DNA of 64,000 nucleotides from the human T2T-CHM13v2.0 reference genome, Homo sapiens. The notes under the pieces were generated by a model. The model made no database searches. It worked only from the letters and a program-made list of their open reading frames with translations, and was not told the origin of the DNA. How positions within the stretch are numbered: position 1 is the first letter of the stretch; each line of letters opens with the position of its first letter. The stretch lies in NCBI RefSeq assembly GCF_009914755.1, contig NC_060926.1, one strand, 5' to 3'. Below are positions 42,236 through 57,504 of this stretch, piece by piece. The position numbers and the translations under genes are program-made.

Positions 42236-44384
42236 CAGCCTGCAGCCATCAAGTAACCATTTTGTGAGGTCACAAAATGTCCCCCAGGCTTGTTTCAAGA
42301 TGCAACCAATTCTGTGGTACGTTTCCTGCTCCGGAGCTCTCTGCGGGCCAGGCTGAGGCCAACTCCTGCCGAGACCACCTCCCTCCCCAGCCCTTCCCTG
42401 ACTGGCCTGCCCCCCTCATGCCCCTGCTGGGACAGGGCTCACATCCAGTCCTGCCATGGGCTCTGCTTCTGGAACCCAACATAAAGCCATGCCCCTTGTT
42501 TCAGGTAGTTCGTAAATATCGGGTCTTTTCATCCTAAGTCCCCCTTTCATTCATCTTTTCTCCCTGTCCTTCCCAAATAGCCCTCCTATATCAACCTGTG
42601 CGGAGGGAGCCTGTCTCTCTTCTCCTCAAGGCTGTTGGAGAACCAAGCTGGGGATGGGGTGCACGTGTTCTTTTCCAGAACAGCCCAGAAGTGGGGTTCA
42701 GTGTGGAAACTTCGCTCTACCTCTCTCCAGCACTAACCTGACCTGGCTCCTCTGGGGTGGAGAGTCCAGGACTGAGCCCAGCTGCAAAGATGCAAATCTG
42801 GGTCCCCAATGCAGTCCCTTGCCCTCTGGTGAGGTGACCCTGGGGCCAGAATTCACCTGCACGCAACCAAGATGTCAGACTTGTCCCTAGGCCTATTTCA
42901 CTTGATTTGAAAGTGAATTTCATGACTTTTTTCTCTATGAATTTGCTTTTCTGAGGCTGGCCAGCAGATTGCACACCAACTGAGTGCTGCTGGACACTGG
43001 TTTGCCATTGGGGCTGGGCCCTGCCCCTTTGTTCCACAGGAGTTGGGAGAGGTGAGGGGCGTTCAGTGCCCGGCAGGACACAGGACTGTCCAGCCTGAAC
43101 AACATCCTGCCTCCAGTTGGAACCCAGCCGCAGTGGAGTCACTGAGGGCTGTTCTGCAGCTGATTCTCCTAAGCCAAACACCCATCTTGGCAGATCGTCT
43201 ACAAGGTTTTAGGAATGTGACAAGACTGGTGTTCCAGACGGATTTTTACCAACAGTCTGAGCTGTTGGAGGGCGTGAACAATGTGCCTGTGACCTTGGGC
43301 TGTTTGTGCGATTCCCAAAAGATGCTTCTGGGTTTCTGAGTCCACAGAAAACTCAGCTGTGGACAGGCCTGCTGGTCCCCAACGGCCCTGGGCCCCACCC
43401 CACAGCTATTTCTGTCAGAGGGCCAGCTGTCTCCCTTCTTCCTTTTCTGGGTGACTCTTGAGCCACTCGTTGGCCTGGTACTCAGGGTTGGGATGTGTGT
43501 GTGGAGAACATGACCTGGCTTCTAGCCCTGCCTGTCCCCCGTGAGCCCTGCCCGTCCCCAGTGAGTGTGAGACGGGAAAGGAGAGAGGGGCGAATGGAGG
43601 TTGCTTCTAAGACCCAAGGTGTGCCAGGTACTCTGGAAGCTTTACTCCCATAGTTTGTTTAAATCCTGTGAAAAGAGTTCCGAGTCTCTCTGTTTGACAG
43701 AGAGAAAACAGACTCAGAGACACCATGGGACATGGCTGAGGCCACCTATTAATTAGGGGCTGCCAGTTCATGGCCCAGGCTGCTTCCTGGATCAGCCCCT
43801 CAGCTCCCTCCAAGACCCCATTCAGGCTATGTCCTGCAGGCAAGCCACCTTCTTCCTATCCCTGGCACATGTCGTCCCCCACTGACCTGTGAACCACCAG
43901 GGGTGACATTTCAGGAGAGAGAGTCCCATATCTGTCTCTGCCTTACTGTATCTCTCATCTTCTTTTTCCATCCTTTCATCTTTAAAAAATTGATTTTTAT
44001 TTCATCAGAGTAATATATGTTTTTACCCATATTCTCAGGCCGTTCCCCACACAGTAGGCTGGGCAGTCCTTTTAAAATATGTCAGATCATGCCACTTCTC
44101 TGATAAAAACTTTCCAAGGGTGTCTTGTATCACTCCGTAAAACCCAAGTCCTTAAACAAGCTACAAGACCCTCAATGATCTGGTAATGATCTCCTTGTTT
44201 ATAAATAACATACATATGTATTACACATTAGTTTATCAATTGCAGATGCTGTCAGCTGGCTCCTGCATTGAAGGACGGGACTTGGTGTGCATGGGCCCAG
44301 TTCAGGCCAGCTCCCTACTTTCCTTCTCTGCATCACACTATAGTTCATTGTAGTGTGGGGCTAAATGAATATTCACTGGCAGGA

Positions 44385-44630
44385 CAGACTGCTTAAGAAT
44401 ATGGGTGCTAGAATCAGATTTCCTGGGTTCAAATCCTGATTCTGTCCCTTATACCATGACTTAGGGCAAGTTACTTATCAACTTTGTGCCTCAGTTCCCC
44501 CATAGGTAAGATGGGAAAGTTTTAGGAGTATACTTCACCCAGGGCAGTTATGAGGGTAAATGAGATCTTTCACAAAAAGACCTCTGAACAATGACTGTCA
44601 CATAGTAAATGCTCAGTAAATGCTGGTGAT
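44385..44630. mobile_element. MIR
   Basis: cctgggttcaaatcc ... gggcaagttactt ... tgtgcctcagttcccc. Confidence 0.85.
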
Positions 44631-45519
44631 GATGATGATCTTGCCAGCTGTGTAAATAATGTCAATTGCAGAGCCAAGCAGTGTACTATAATCTTTCTTT
44701 CCTTATACAACTTTCTGCTTCTTCTAGAGTTAATGATTTATTTTCTTTTTCATTGCTCATCTGCCTACATATCTAGCTTATCTATCTATATATCTACATA
44801 TCTCCATAAAGTTTTCAATAGAACCCATCAAAATGCTATGTTCTATATGATTAAACAAAGCAGATAATCTATCAATTCCATTTTATTCTCCCATGGAAAT
44901 CTACCCACTAGAGACCTCTGTCCTCTAGATCCAGTCTGGTCTGGATGTTCTCCTCAGGGTTTCCTGCACCTGCCATTCCCTCTGCCACCATTCTGAGAAT
45001 TTCTTTTACCCCCTTTTTATTGTTGTTGTTAGGTCCCTATTTTCTGGATTCCATATTATCTGCCTTCTTGGATTGCTGTCTTATTTTGCTGGAACACATC
45101 CTTCAGTAGCTTTCGGAGCAAGAATGCCTTTTCTAAGTATTCACATGTCTGAAAATGTCTTTATTCTACATTCATACTTGATTGATACTTTGGTTGTGTA
45201 TAGAGTTCTAGGTTAAAAATAATTTTCCAAAAAATGATGAACTCTGTGTCTTCTTTGACATAATTTCCAGTAAGTATTGTTAATTGGAAAAAGTAATATA
45301 CAGAAAATAAAGATAGCATGCTGTTCCTTGTGTGAGAAAGGCTGCAATTTTCCTGCATTTGAATAAAAATCACTGGCAGAACACAATGAAAGGAGTGTGG
45401 GGATGGAGGTGGAAGCAGGTTGTCAAGTGCCACTCTTCATGCTCTTGATATTTGAACCATGTGACTGTATTAACTAGTCAATAAAATAAACTAATAAATA
45501 TCAAAAAAGTAAAATTAGG

Positions 45520-46100
<581 letters not shown>

Positions 46101-47165
46101 AAGAAAAAGTTTGGAAACTTTTAGGATCTTCTCTTTATTCTCAGAATTCTGGATTTTTCCCCCACTTATTGAGCATTCATTGGGTTCATTCAATCTGGAA
46201 ACTTGTATCCTAAAATTCTGGGAAATTTTCTTGAATTTTTTCCTAGCCCCATCATTTTTTCTGTTCTGTCTTACAGTAATTTCTGTAAGACAGAACAGAA
46301 AAAGAAGTAATTTTTCATTTTCCTTTCTTTTCTTTTTTTTTTTTTTTTGTCTTTTGGTAATACTTCAAGGAAGATTCTTCAACTTTACCATCCACTCCCT
46401 CTACTAAGTTTACCTGTTTTATATTGAATTGCTAAGTTTTTTTATTGTTCTTTATCTCTATAGCATCCTTTCTTGACTCACTAATGCAGTACCTTTTCTT
46501 ACTACTCTAAGGATATTAAGCAAATTCACTTAATTTGGGGGTTTTCCTGAAAATTTTTTTGTTCCCTGCATCCTGGTCTGTTTCTTTTCCTCCTTTGTGT
46601 GTTTTGGCCTCTGTCATCTTGGAGCCTTTCTCAGATGTGTGGTGATCCTCAGCTACCCTTTCATATTTTAGAGGGAGGCACTAAACATGGTGACTACAAT
46701 TTGAGCAAAGGCCAGGAAGAGAGATGTCACAAAGTGTGAACAGGAAGCCACACAGGGCGGCTGAAGTGTTGGTACCAGACAGTGGTTCCTCAGGCAGGGG
46801 CAAGCAGCTCTGATTTGAACCCAGTCTCTTGCCTTTGAGGCCAGTGCCCTTGACCACCATGTCAGTGTTAGGAGGAAACATTGCTTAATGTTAACCAGTC
46901 AGACTTCTCTAATTTGGTGCCTGCAGGTGGAGTTTTGTTTTTGATTAAGGGACTAGTAAGGCTGGAAAAGAAAGTTGAAAATTAATCTGAGACATACACC
47001 AGGGAAGAACGGCTAACCTCTAGTGTCTACACAGCTCAAACAAAGGAACCCATCATTATGGTATTCTTTTACTGAGAGCGAAATAAAATGTCAAATTAGC
47101 TGAGCAAATAAAGATAGTAAAACAAAAAAATATGAGATTTTCATAGCTTCAGGCATCAAGAATTG

Positions 47166-47491
<326 letters not shown>

Positions 47492-47964
47492 TTATTTGCT
47501 TGGAAAGTTCTCTAAGATCTGAGATATACTTTCCATAAAACAAATAAAATACCTGGAGAGTTTAGGTAGGCAGAATGTGATATGGCCTTGGCAGCAGGTA
47601 AACTCTTGGATCAGCAAGTCTCTGAGAGCCAGATCTGTTCAGAGCCTCCACTGGCATATTATATTACAAACTCTCCATCCACTCTTGGCTTGGGGAGTGA
47701 ATGAAAAATCACATAGTGGTCATGATCATATTTAAACATAAAGAAATCAGGAGATCTAAAGTTGTTCATGTATTTTTAACCTCCATCATGTAGGTTTATC
47801 AATTTTGCCCTCATTGTCCTTGATTTCTTTCATTTTTATTTTTCACTTTCTTTGATGACATTCCTTAGGCATCTGGGAAGATGTGGGGTTTTCCAGGTTG
47901 ACACTCATCGTGGTTTCCATGCTGACCAAACAGCTAGCATGGCTCTACCCTGTCTTCCCTAAGA

Positions 47965-48495
47965 CAGCAGCCCCCAATCTTTTTGGCACCAGGGACCAGT
48001 TTTGTGGAAGACAACTTTTCCACAGACCAGGGTGTGGGGATGGTTTTGAGATGATTCCAGCACATTACATTTATTGTGCACTTTGTTTCTATTATTGTTA
48101 CACTGTAATATATAATGAAATAATTATACAATTCACCATAATGTAGAATCAGTGGGAGCCAAGAGCTTATTTTCCTGCAACTACACGGTCCCATCTGGGG
48201 GTGATGGGAGACAGTGACAGATCATCAGGAATTAGATTCTCATAAGGAGCGCACAACCTAGATCCCTCATATGCGCAGTTCACAATAGGTTTCGCACTCT
48301 TAAGAGAATCTAATGCTGCTGCTCATCTGACAAGAGGTGGAGCTCAAGTGGGAATGCGAGTGATAGGGAGTGGCTGTAAATACAGATGAAGCTTCGCTCA
48401 CTCACCCGCCTGCCGCTCACCTCCTGCTGTGTGTCCCAGTTCCTAACAGGCCATGGACTGGTACCAGTCTGTGCCCCAGGGGTAGGGGACCTCTG
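47965..48495. mobile_element. MER1A-type hAT-Charlie non-autonomous DNA transposon
   Basis: Imperfect terminal inverted repeats (cagcagcccccaa ... taggggacctctg); perfect 8-bp TSD CCCTAAGA at 47957-47964 and 48496-48503. Confidence 0.9.
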
Positions 48496-48574
48496 CCCTA
48501 AGATATTGCTTTAAATTACCCCCAGCATATTTTTAAATCACCCAAAGCTGTGCTGTCTATAGGACTCTGTGCTC

Positions 48575-48745
48575 TGTGTCTGTGCAGTGCACTGTGGTAG
48601 CCACTAGCCCTCTGTAATTACTGAGCACTTGAAATGCGGTTAGTACAGTTGAGGATCTGCATGTCAAATTAACTTTACCACAGTGCATTTAAAGGTAAAT
48701 AGCCATGGAAGTCTTGGGGCTGCCGTGTCGACCAGTGTAGCTCCA
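48575..48745. mobile_element. MER3-like DNA transposon remnant
   Basis: gtagccactagcc ... tgagcacttgaaatg. Confidence 0.65.
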
Positions 48746-49739
48746 GAGCAATTCCCTTGTGGAAATACATTGCAATAGAGGTATGTTCTGCAATGTGGGA
48801 TATTTATTGACTGCTTACACATGGGGCTGCATACCACTCATGACCAATGCAGGTAGACTGGACTGATCGATGGACTGATCTATTGCAGGTTGGAACCTTT
48901 GTGGGGCTGTGGCCTCAGAGACCTGTGGGTCAGCCTTTTTAAGTTGTGTGACCGTAGGCAAGTGAATGCAGCCCAGTCTTCTTTTTTTTATCCGAGAAAG
49001 AGGAATGCTATCGTGTGGGGCAGTCATGGTAAAGAGCTAGAGCCCACAGGCTGCAGGGCGTGCTGCCTGGCACCTGGTAGGTGGCAATTAAATGGTGGTG
49101 GTCGTTTGCTACCTTCAGGTGGCTGTGGTTAGCTCTAGAAGGAGGCAGTTGTGCTTCTTGACTGGTTGGGATGTGCCCCAGGGCTGAGATGGGGGTTGGG
49201 TGGAGCTTGTGAGAAAAATATAGGAAAGATGATCTCCCATGCCCAAGAGGGACACAGACGGCCCTTGGGACTGATGAAATGAACTCAGAATAAAAGCGCG
49301 AATGGCTGTCGCTGTAAATATGTGTGTCTTTAGTGTCAGCGTCCCTGGGGACTTCTTATAAGTTTGAAGCATGTTACCATTCTTGGCATTGAGACAGCCA
49401 GTGTCACTTTTACTTCTTGGTCTTGAATTCAAGCATCAACAGTAAGGTACCATCAGATTTTTCAAGCTGCTTCACCATCAAGCAACCTAGCCTTGGTGCC
49501 CAGGTCTTTGGTTGGCTTCCCAGAAATAATGGGCCACTTCACCCCAGCCTTGTTCTGCACGGTTTATCTTTGGGCTTATCTGACCTCTTAGAAGCTACTA
49601 AATTACCCGCCTATTTTTAACCAATGCCTGGAGCCGGCTCCAGAGGAATTGCCACATGAGTTGAGATGAGGTGATGACCACATGGTCTTCCAACTCTTCA
49701 TTTCAACATCTGAAGTTTTTTCTTTCTTTTGTCTTGTGT

Positions 49740-49955
49740 TAGGGTTTCTCAATCTGGGCACTACTGGCATTTAGGGCTGGGTAATTCTCTGTCCTGGGGG
49801 GCGCTGTCCTATGCATTATAGGATTTTGAACGGCATCCCTGGCTTCTGCCCAGTAGGCGCCAGGAGCTCCTCGCTATTCCCAGCTGTGACCACCAAACAT
49901 GCTTCCAGACATTGTCAAATGGCCCATGGGGAACAAGATACCCAACTGAGGATCT
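49740..49955. mobile_element. MER20 DNA transposon
   Basis: ggtttctcaatctgggcactactggcattt ... ccagacattgtcaaatg. Confidence 0.85.
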
Positions 49956-51099
49956 CTGTGTCAGGTTTCCCCTGCCACACTGCTGGGTTTGTACCTTGAG
50001 CTCTGAACCACTCCCCTCAGCTAGAGAACTCTGAGTCTGACAGTGACTACGACTGTTTGCCCTCCTGCAAGGAGGGTAAAAAGCCCTAGCTGACCACATT
50101 ACATTCTTGGCGTTTCCTGCATTTAAACCTCCTGGAAATTAGTACAGAGGGGGCCACATACCCTGGAAGCTGAGATGGGGCCATTTTAGAAGTCGGCTGC
50201 AGGCTCAGGGAATGGAGACACGAGCTGCCAATGTGATTACACTTTGCTGGCTTTGGAAGTGTGCTTGAGCTGACAGTGGGGCTGGGGACCGTCTATAACA
50301 AGATACCACAGACTGGGGGCTTTAGCATGGAAGTTGATCTCTCCCTGTTCTGGAGGCAGGAAGTCCAAGATCTAGGTGCCGGCACATTCAGCGCACACCT
50401 CTTGTCTGCATCTTCAGATTACTCAAAATCCAGGTGTGGCTGCAGGAGAAGGGACAGGGAAGACCCTCAACTTTAGTCTCACCTGTGGAGGTGGGGCTGG
50501 AGACCCAGTCGTCCTTCACCCCCCAGGACCACCCCCCAGATGAGAAGGGGGACTGGATGTTGGACAACAGAAAGGTCAGTGACTGCCACATTTCCACAGG
50601 ATTAAAACCGTCCCCATATCTCCCGTAAAAGCACATTGCCGAACTTCTTAAAATAGATGACCAGATCATTGTCTTGTTCGGAATCCCTGCTGCCTCAGCC
50701 CTGGGCCTCCGCAGCTCTCTGCACGATACTCTCCTCATCACCTCTCAACTGATCTCCAGAAAGTACTGTGTGGCCCCCGCCCCTCCACTCCTGTTCCCAG
50801 CGAGAGAAGCCCGAGAACCTGCAGTCTCTATCCAAAGACTCCCCCTTCCAACCCCTGGCCTCTCTTTTCGCTTGGCCAAAAGGCGTGCATCTCAGCCTGC
50901 TGGGATGGGACAGGAAGGGACCATTAACCATGTGAATGTTCCAGCATATTCACCTCTGTGGTTTCTACCTCTTGCTTCTGTTTTTATGTACAATTTGCAA
51001 AGGAAAACACCCACATACACTGTCCCTCTCACTAATTGAAAATTCAGCTTTAATATTCTGTTTGGTTTCATCAATAATATTCTTTTAAAAAATGGTATT

Positions 51100-51511
<412 letters not shown>

Positions 51512-52289
51512 TTAAGACTTAGTCAATCTTTTCTCCTTGGATTTCTGTTTTTGTGATTGGTGTTAAAATTTCAATCTATTTTTCTTTCCTAAATATCTTT
51601 TCCAATTTTTCCCTATATAGAACATGATAGTTAATAAATTATACTGAATATACGTGTGGTGGGAGGACTGCCTTGCAGATCCACAGGTTGCACTCTGTAT
51701 TACCAATAGCTTGTTTTTTTAAATATGATTTTTAAAAATATGTTAAAGTATACCAGGTGAAAATAACATATAACATGCACAATATATTGTACAGTTTTGT
51801 GTCTTGCTTTTAAATTTTTTGAGTTATTTCAGATAAGGATACTCCTGACACTTGGGAGGACTTCCAGGGCGTCGTCTTAGATGGCTGTGTGCTTCCTTTC
51901 TTGGGCCCTTGCAGAGTTCAGGTTTCTGTTGGTGTGAAGTTTTCCTCCTAACTCCCATGACTGGAGACACTTCGCACACCCATGAGAGAATCTTTGGGGT
52001 ACCCAGGGAGAGTGTGGTGTAGAGGGTCAGCATTGGGTGCTGCGGCCAGGCGACCTCCTCAGACAAGCGACAAGCATCTCTGAGTCTCAGTGTTTCCACC
52101 TGGCAAGGGGAGGCGATACTGGGTGGCTGTGAGGAGTCTATGAGGCAATGCAGACACGAGGCTTAGGATGGGCCTTCAGGGAATCATGCTGGCCAAGGAC
52201 CGCGTGTGTGCAGTTGCTGCTGTCTGCCACCTGTGCTCAAAGACTTTCAGACTCAGAGGCCGAGGCCTGGCTTCTGTCCCCAGCTTCAC

Positions 52290-52860
52290 TCCAGGTTCTA
52301 GGCTGCACGCCTGGTTCCAGGCTCTAGGCCTCAGGTTCCCAGTCCCAGGTTCTAGGCTGAGGGTTTTGGTTCTGGGTTCCAGGCTCCAGGTTCCAGGCTA
52401 AGGGTTTCAGCTTCCGGGTTCCAGGCTCCAGGCTCCAGGTTCCAGGCTGAGGGTTTCAGGTTCCGGGTTCCAGGCTAAGGGTTTCAGGTTCCGGGTTCCA
52501 GGCTAAGGGTTTCAGGTTCCAGGTTCCAGGCTCCAGGCTCCAGGTTCTAGGTTAAGGGTTCCCAGTTCCAGGTTTCAGGCTCTGGGATAAGGCCTCCCAG
52601 TTCTAGGTTCCAGACTCCAGGCTTCAGGTTCTAGGTTCCATGTTTCAGGTACTAGGCTAAGGGTTTTGGTTCCAGGTTCCAGGCTCCAGGCTTCCAGTTC
52701 CAGGTTCCAGGCTAGGGGTTTCAGGTTCCAGGTCCCAGGCTAAGGGTTTCAGTTGCCAGGCCCCAGGTTTTAGGCTAAGGGTTCCTATTTCCTGGTTCTA
52801 GGCTCCAGGCTTCAGGTTCTGAACTCTAGGTTTTCGATTCTAGGCTCCAGGTTGCAGGGT
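52290..52860. repeat. Degenerate 7-bp satellite (TTCCAGG family) with 28-bp higher-order units
   Basis: In-phase TTCCAGG/CTCCAGG/TTCTAGG/CTAAGGG/TTTCAGG heptamers; 28-mers at 52445, 52473 and 52501. Confidence 0.9.
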
Positions 52861-53234
52861 CTGGACTCATACACCAGCTCCAGGCTACCTGGAGAGGGAA
52901 GGAAGGGCTGCAGGGCCAAGTCCGCCCCCGTTTTACCACCTCCTCTATAAGGTGGGATAAATCCGCCTGCTAACCTCACAGAGTTCACATGAGGTCCCGA
53001 TGAGGCAACATTTGAGATGATGCACATAAAGCCTAAAGGGCTTTGCAGCTGTGAGATGGTGGTGATATTATTGTCAGAAAGGTTTAAAATAAATTCTTAA
53101 ACACTCAGATGTTTCAGGCTAGTTTGTAGCTGCTTCTGAACATGCAGCAGTGTGCTCATGGGCCACAGGGCCGCCGCGCACTCGCTACACCTCTTTTGGC
53201 AACGCTGTTGCTTTCCTCTCCAATTGGAGGAGAG

Positions 53235-53375
53235 CTACACCACCCAGAATTTGCTAGAAATGCTGGGTCTTGAGCCCCACCTGTGCTACTGACTCAGAAC
53301 CTCTGGGGGTGGAGCCGGGCATTTGGGCTTCTGACACACCCCCGGACGATTCTGGCGCACCCTCGCCTTCAGAAG
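53235..53375. mobile_element. MER5-like DNA transposon fragment
   Basis: ttgctagaaatgc ... ctactgactcagaacctctgggggtggagcc. Confidence 0.7.
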
Positions 53376-53687
53376 TTCTGCCTTCGGTAGACGGATGCCG
53401 TTGGTGTATCTGGCTATACAGATGGGAGAATCCATTTACTCTGATGTTCCTGATTAGCAGAGGGTGGCTTTTTCCTGCTCAGACGGCTGAGGAGTGAATG
53501 ACTTCGGTCATAACCGTTACCATTGCTGTGACCTTCCCGCTGGGCGAAGCTGCTAGTTGAGGATCTGCTCCCTCTCATAGGCCTCCCTCCCTTCTCCCAG
53601 GGGAGAGCCTGGCCAGGGCCCCCAGCCCGGTGGGTCTGCACTTGGCACACAGCAGACCCTGGATCACTAGCGTTTAGTGGCAGAAAA

Positions 53688-53746
53688 GTGAGTGAGTGAA
53701 TGAATACAGGAACAGATGAATGAATGAATGAATGAATGAATGAATG
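53688..53746. repeat. (GAAT)n repeat, probable L2 3' tail
   Basis: gaatgaatgaat run preceded by cttggcacacagcag. Confidence 0.85.
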
Positions 53747-54629
53747 GACTTAGCTTGACTTCACATAACATTTGGAAATTCTGATTGTTTTCAAACTAGA
53801 ACAAGATTTGAAAAGGCTTGTCAGAAATCGCTTACATATAAGTGAAGGTTTAAGGAAGCGGGATTTAATTTGGCCAGGTGTGGGTTCTCAGAAATGTTCT
53901 TTTTGATTCCCCTTCACTCTGGCCAGGGTGGTTTGCGACCTTACCCCTCCTTCATGTAATAAGATATAGAGGGGAAAATTAAAGCAAGAAACCAAATCCT
54001 TTTCCTGTTTACTCCTACAGTTTTTCCCTCTTTCCAGTTCCTTGTTTTTATGGTTTTTCCTGCCTTGTGTTTCTCCGTTGGCTTTTGTTGCAATGTATGC
54101 ACTTGGAAAAAATCTTCTGAATGATCCTAGTGATGGGGCTTTGGCCTCATTGGGCGTTGTGTGCACGATCGGGTTGCATTGCACACTGCCGGCGCGATGA
54201 GCTCGCACTCCCTAAAAAGGCAATCATTGTGTCCAGGAAAACTCTGCTAGGTTAATGGCACATGCCCAGGGGCTGAAGTCACTTGGACCAAGGTTTGTAG
54301 AACATGCTCCGTGTGGCTTTCCTGTTGGGGCAGGGGGATTGGGCCAGAGGAATTTAGGTGTATTAACACAGCCTGCCAGGTGCAATAAATAGCCACCTTT
54401 GCCTGACCTTAACCTCACCTAAGCGCCATGCTCCTCAAGAGCCCTGGGCACCCCAGGAGTAACTGAAAACCTTTGGAGGAGAGTTACGCTGGTGTTCTTG
54501 GGTTAGAGGCGGGTGGCAGGCTGGAGAATTAGGTTGGAAATAAAAATGAGTCAGTGTTGGTGATGCGTTTTGTGAAACCGGAAAGCTTAGTTAGAATGAT
54601 AGAGAATACATAACCTGTTCTCAGCAACT

Positions 54630-55210
54630 TTGTTTTAACTGACAACAGGATTTTCCCAGTTTTCCCACTAATGTCTCTTTTCTGTTCTAGGATCCATCTG
54701 GGATCCACATTGCATTTTGTCATCAGTTCACCTTGGACTCCTCCAATCCATGACGATTTCTCAGTATTTACTTGTCTTCCCGACCTGGTGCTTTTGAAGA
54801 GTAGCTCTTAGGTATCTTGTAGAATTTGGATTTGTCTGATTAGACTGAAGTCTTGGATTTGGGGGAAGAATCGCACAAAGGTGAAGCGCCCTTTCCCTCA
54901 CATCCTACAGGGACACACGGCACCAATGTGGCTTCTTACTGAGGATGCTGACCTCGATCACCAGGCTGAGGTGGTGTCTGCAGGTTTCTCCTCTATAAAG
55001 TTACTGCTTCTCCCTCTCCCTGCTCTGGAAGCAAGTCACTAGGTCCAGCCCACATCCAGGGAAGTGGACTTAGGCTGCCCATCCTGGCAGGAGGAGGATC
55101 AAAGAATTAGTGGGCCTGAGGTTAGAACCATCACCATCATTAGTAAATTTGGAGAGAGATACTCAGAGGCTATGCAGATATCCTGTGTCACCCTGACGTA
55201 TTCATCCATG
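54630..55210 (-). mobile_element. Old L1 (L1MC-like) 3' fragment
   Basis: cccactaatgtctcttttctgttctaggatcca ... ggctgaggtggtgtctgcaggtttctcc. Confidence 0.7.
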
Positions 55211-56224
55211 GATAGGTCATTCTTCTTTTAGTGTGAGTATCAAAAGCAGGTTATTCGGTGCAACCAGTGAACTTGAGAGCAGGGACTGGGAAGCCCTGGA
55301 GTTGTCGTGGCTCAGCCCCGTGCCCCTGGCTGTGTTCCTTCCCTCCTCACTGCCAAGATGCTGCTGAGCCCTGGTCTCACAAACACCTTTGAGTGGTCTG
55401 CTCACTGCTGGGGACATGGACTCCGACACCTTCCTACCCCTCACCGTTCCCCTCTCCTCCGACTTGCCACCGCCAAAGCCAGCAGTGACAAAGGAGGTGC
55501 CAGGGGCAGCTGCTCCAGCAGGAGCTCTCTCTGTACTCCGGACCCTGACATGGATGAAAACAAGATATGCTTGGGAGATAATTCTGTTAACTTTGTCTTC
55601 TTTTGGGAGGTGTGGTGGCTAAATACTTGAATGAAGGTTTTATGATGGGTGGAAAGAGTAACAACTTTCTTCATCCTAACTCAATGTCACTCTTCATGAT
55701 GTACTCAGTTATTCCCTTTTAGAAATTATCTTAAACAAGGGTGAGCAATGGAATGTGAGAAAGATCAAAGAAATGCAGAGCAGACTAAGAAAGATGAAAC
55801 ATCTGGATTGCAGAGAAGGGTGACCTTTCCCTAGAAAATATCAACACTAAATCTTTACAAAGCCCTGTCCACTGGGTTCTAGGGAGCGCTGCAAATGGAC
55901 TGGTCCCTAAGCTCTGGCCTGCTTCTCCACTCCTGTGAGACAGTTAACTTTTTTCTTTTCCTTAGCTCTGTTCCTCGCCGTGGGGACTCTGGATAACAAC
56001 AGACAACAACAGAGCCCGTGGTAGCAGCAGCGAAGGAGTTAATATGCACCATGTGTCTAAGCCCTTTTCATTTTACTTCTTTGTAAATTTTTAACATATT
56101 TATTTAAAACATAAACATCGATATTCTGATTAGTTCGCAGGAACAATTATTGTCATTAGGGAAGATGGAAATTTACTAGCTATTTTCCTCCTTTCATTTT
56201 TAAAAAAAAATATATATGTATTAC

Positions 56225-56478
56225 ATTTTTTTCTTCAACTTTTATTTTAAGTTCAGGCATACATATGCAGGCTGTGCAGGTTTGTTGCACAGGTAAATGT
56301 GTGCCAAGGGGATTTGCTGCACAGATCATCCTATCTTCCAGGTATTAAGCCCAGCATCCATTAGCTATTCTTCCTGATGCTCTCCCTCCCCACCCCACCC
56401 TCCGACAAGCCCCACTGTGTGTGAGAACATGCGGTGTTTGGTTTTCCTATTCTGCGTTAGTTTGCTGAGGATAATGGA
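56225..56478 (-). mobile_element. Primate L1 (L1PA) 3' end fragment with an internal deletion
   Basis: caacttttattttaagttcagg ... gaacatgcggtgtttggttttc ... gtttgctgaggataatgg. Confidence 0.85.
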
Positions 56479-56497
56479 AGCCCTTTCCTTAACTCAT

Positions 56498-56871
56498 TAA
56501 ATGGGTAAATGTTTGCCCCCACAAGCCCGCATTCGTATTTTGAAGCCCTAACCCCCAGTGTAGCTGTATTTGGAGATGGGGTCTCTAAGAAAGTAATTAA
56601 GGTTAAATGAGGTCATAAGGGTGGGGCCCTGATCCAATAGAATTATTGCCCTTGTAAGAAGAGACACCAGAGAGCTCACTCTGCCTCCGCATGCACACAC
56701 AGTGTGGGCCGTGTGTGCACACAGCGAGAAGGTGGCCGTCTGCAAGCCAGGAACTTGCTGGCACTTTGATCTGGAATGTTCCAGTCTCCAAAGCTCTGAG
56801 AAGATACATTTCTGTTGTTTAAGCCACCCAGTCTGTGGTGTTTTGTTACAGCAGCCTAAGCAGACTGAGAC
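56498..56871 (+). mobile_element. MaLR solo LTR (MLT1A-like)
   Basis: ggttaaatgaggtcataagggtggggccc ... gcagcctaagcagactgagaca. Confidence 0.88.
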
Positions 56872-57504
56872 AGGCAGATACTATCATTCCCATATGAAAA
56901 TTGAAGAGACTGAATCATAGAAAGGGGTCGCTTGCTGTATTGCTCTGTTGATTTTTCCTTCTAATAGTTTTGCTTTCTACATTTACTGTAATGTTCAGTT
57001 CATCAAGGCTCCTGACCATGATGGTTTGTTGTAAACTTCCCCACTTAACAGTATCCTCTGCTTCCTTTTTCCTCATTTGACGTTTTTCACTTTGAATTCT
57101 CCTTTCTCCAATGTTAGCATCTGAAACCCTTTGTGTTGGGCAGGATAGGCCAAGTCTGATGCTGTTACAAACATTCTGAAGACCCATAGGCCTACAGTGA
57201 CCACAGCTTCTCTCTTGGGCACACTGGAGGCCATTGGCGGTGTGCAGGGCCTCTGCTTACTGTAGTCTCAGTCCCTGCCCAATGGGACGTGGCTCTCATG
57301 GCTTCTGCTGTCAGCACAGACTCATTCACTGGCTCTTAACACTTCTGCCCAGAAGTGGCACAGATGGTGGAAAGGTGCCAGGTGGGCTCCTCTAGCCAAT
57401 GTGAGGGCCTTTGTACAAAGGAGAAAAGGGGAAAAAGAGCCCACCCACTGGTGCAGGGCTAGGAGAGTAGAGGGTGTCCCTTCCCTCAGATGGGTGCCCC
57501 CCCA

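Noticed and set aside
52290-52860. Interstitial telomere or chromosome-fusion relic
   Set aside because: Period is 7, not 6; no TTAGGG array and no head-to-head inversion
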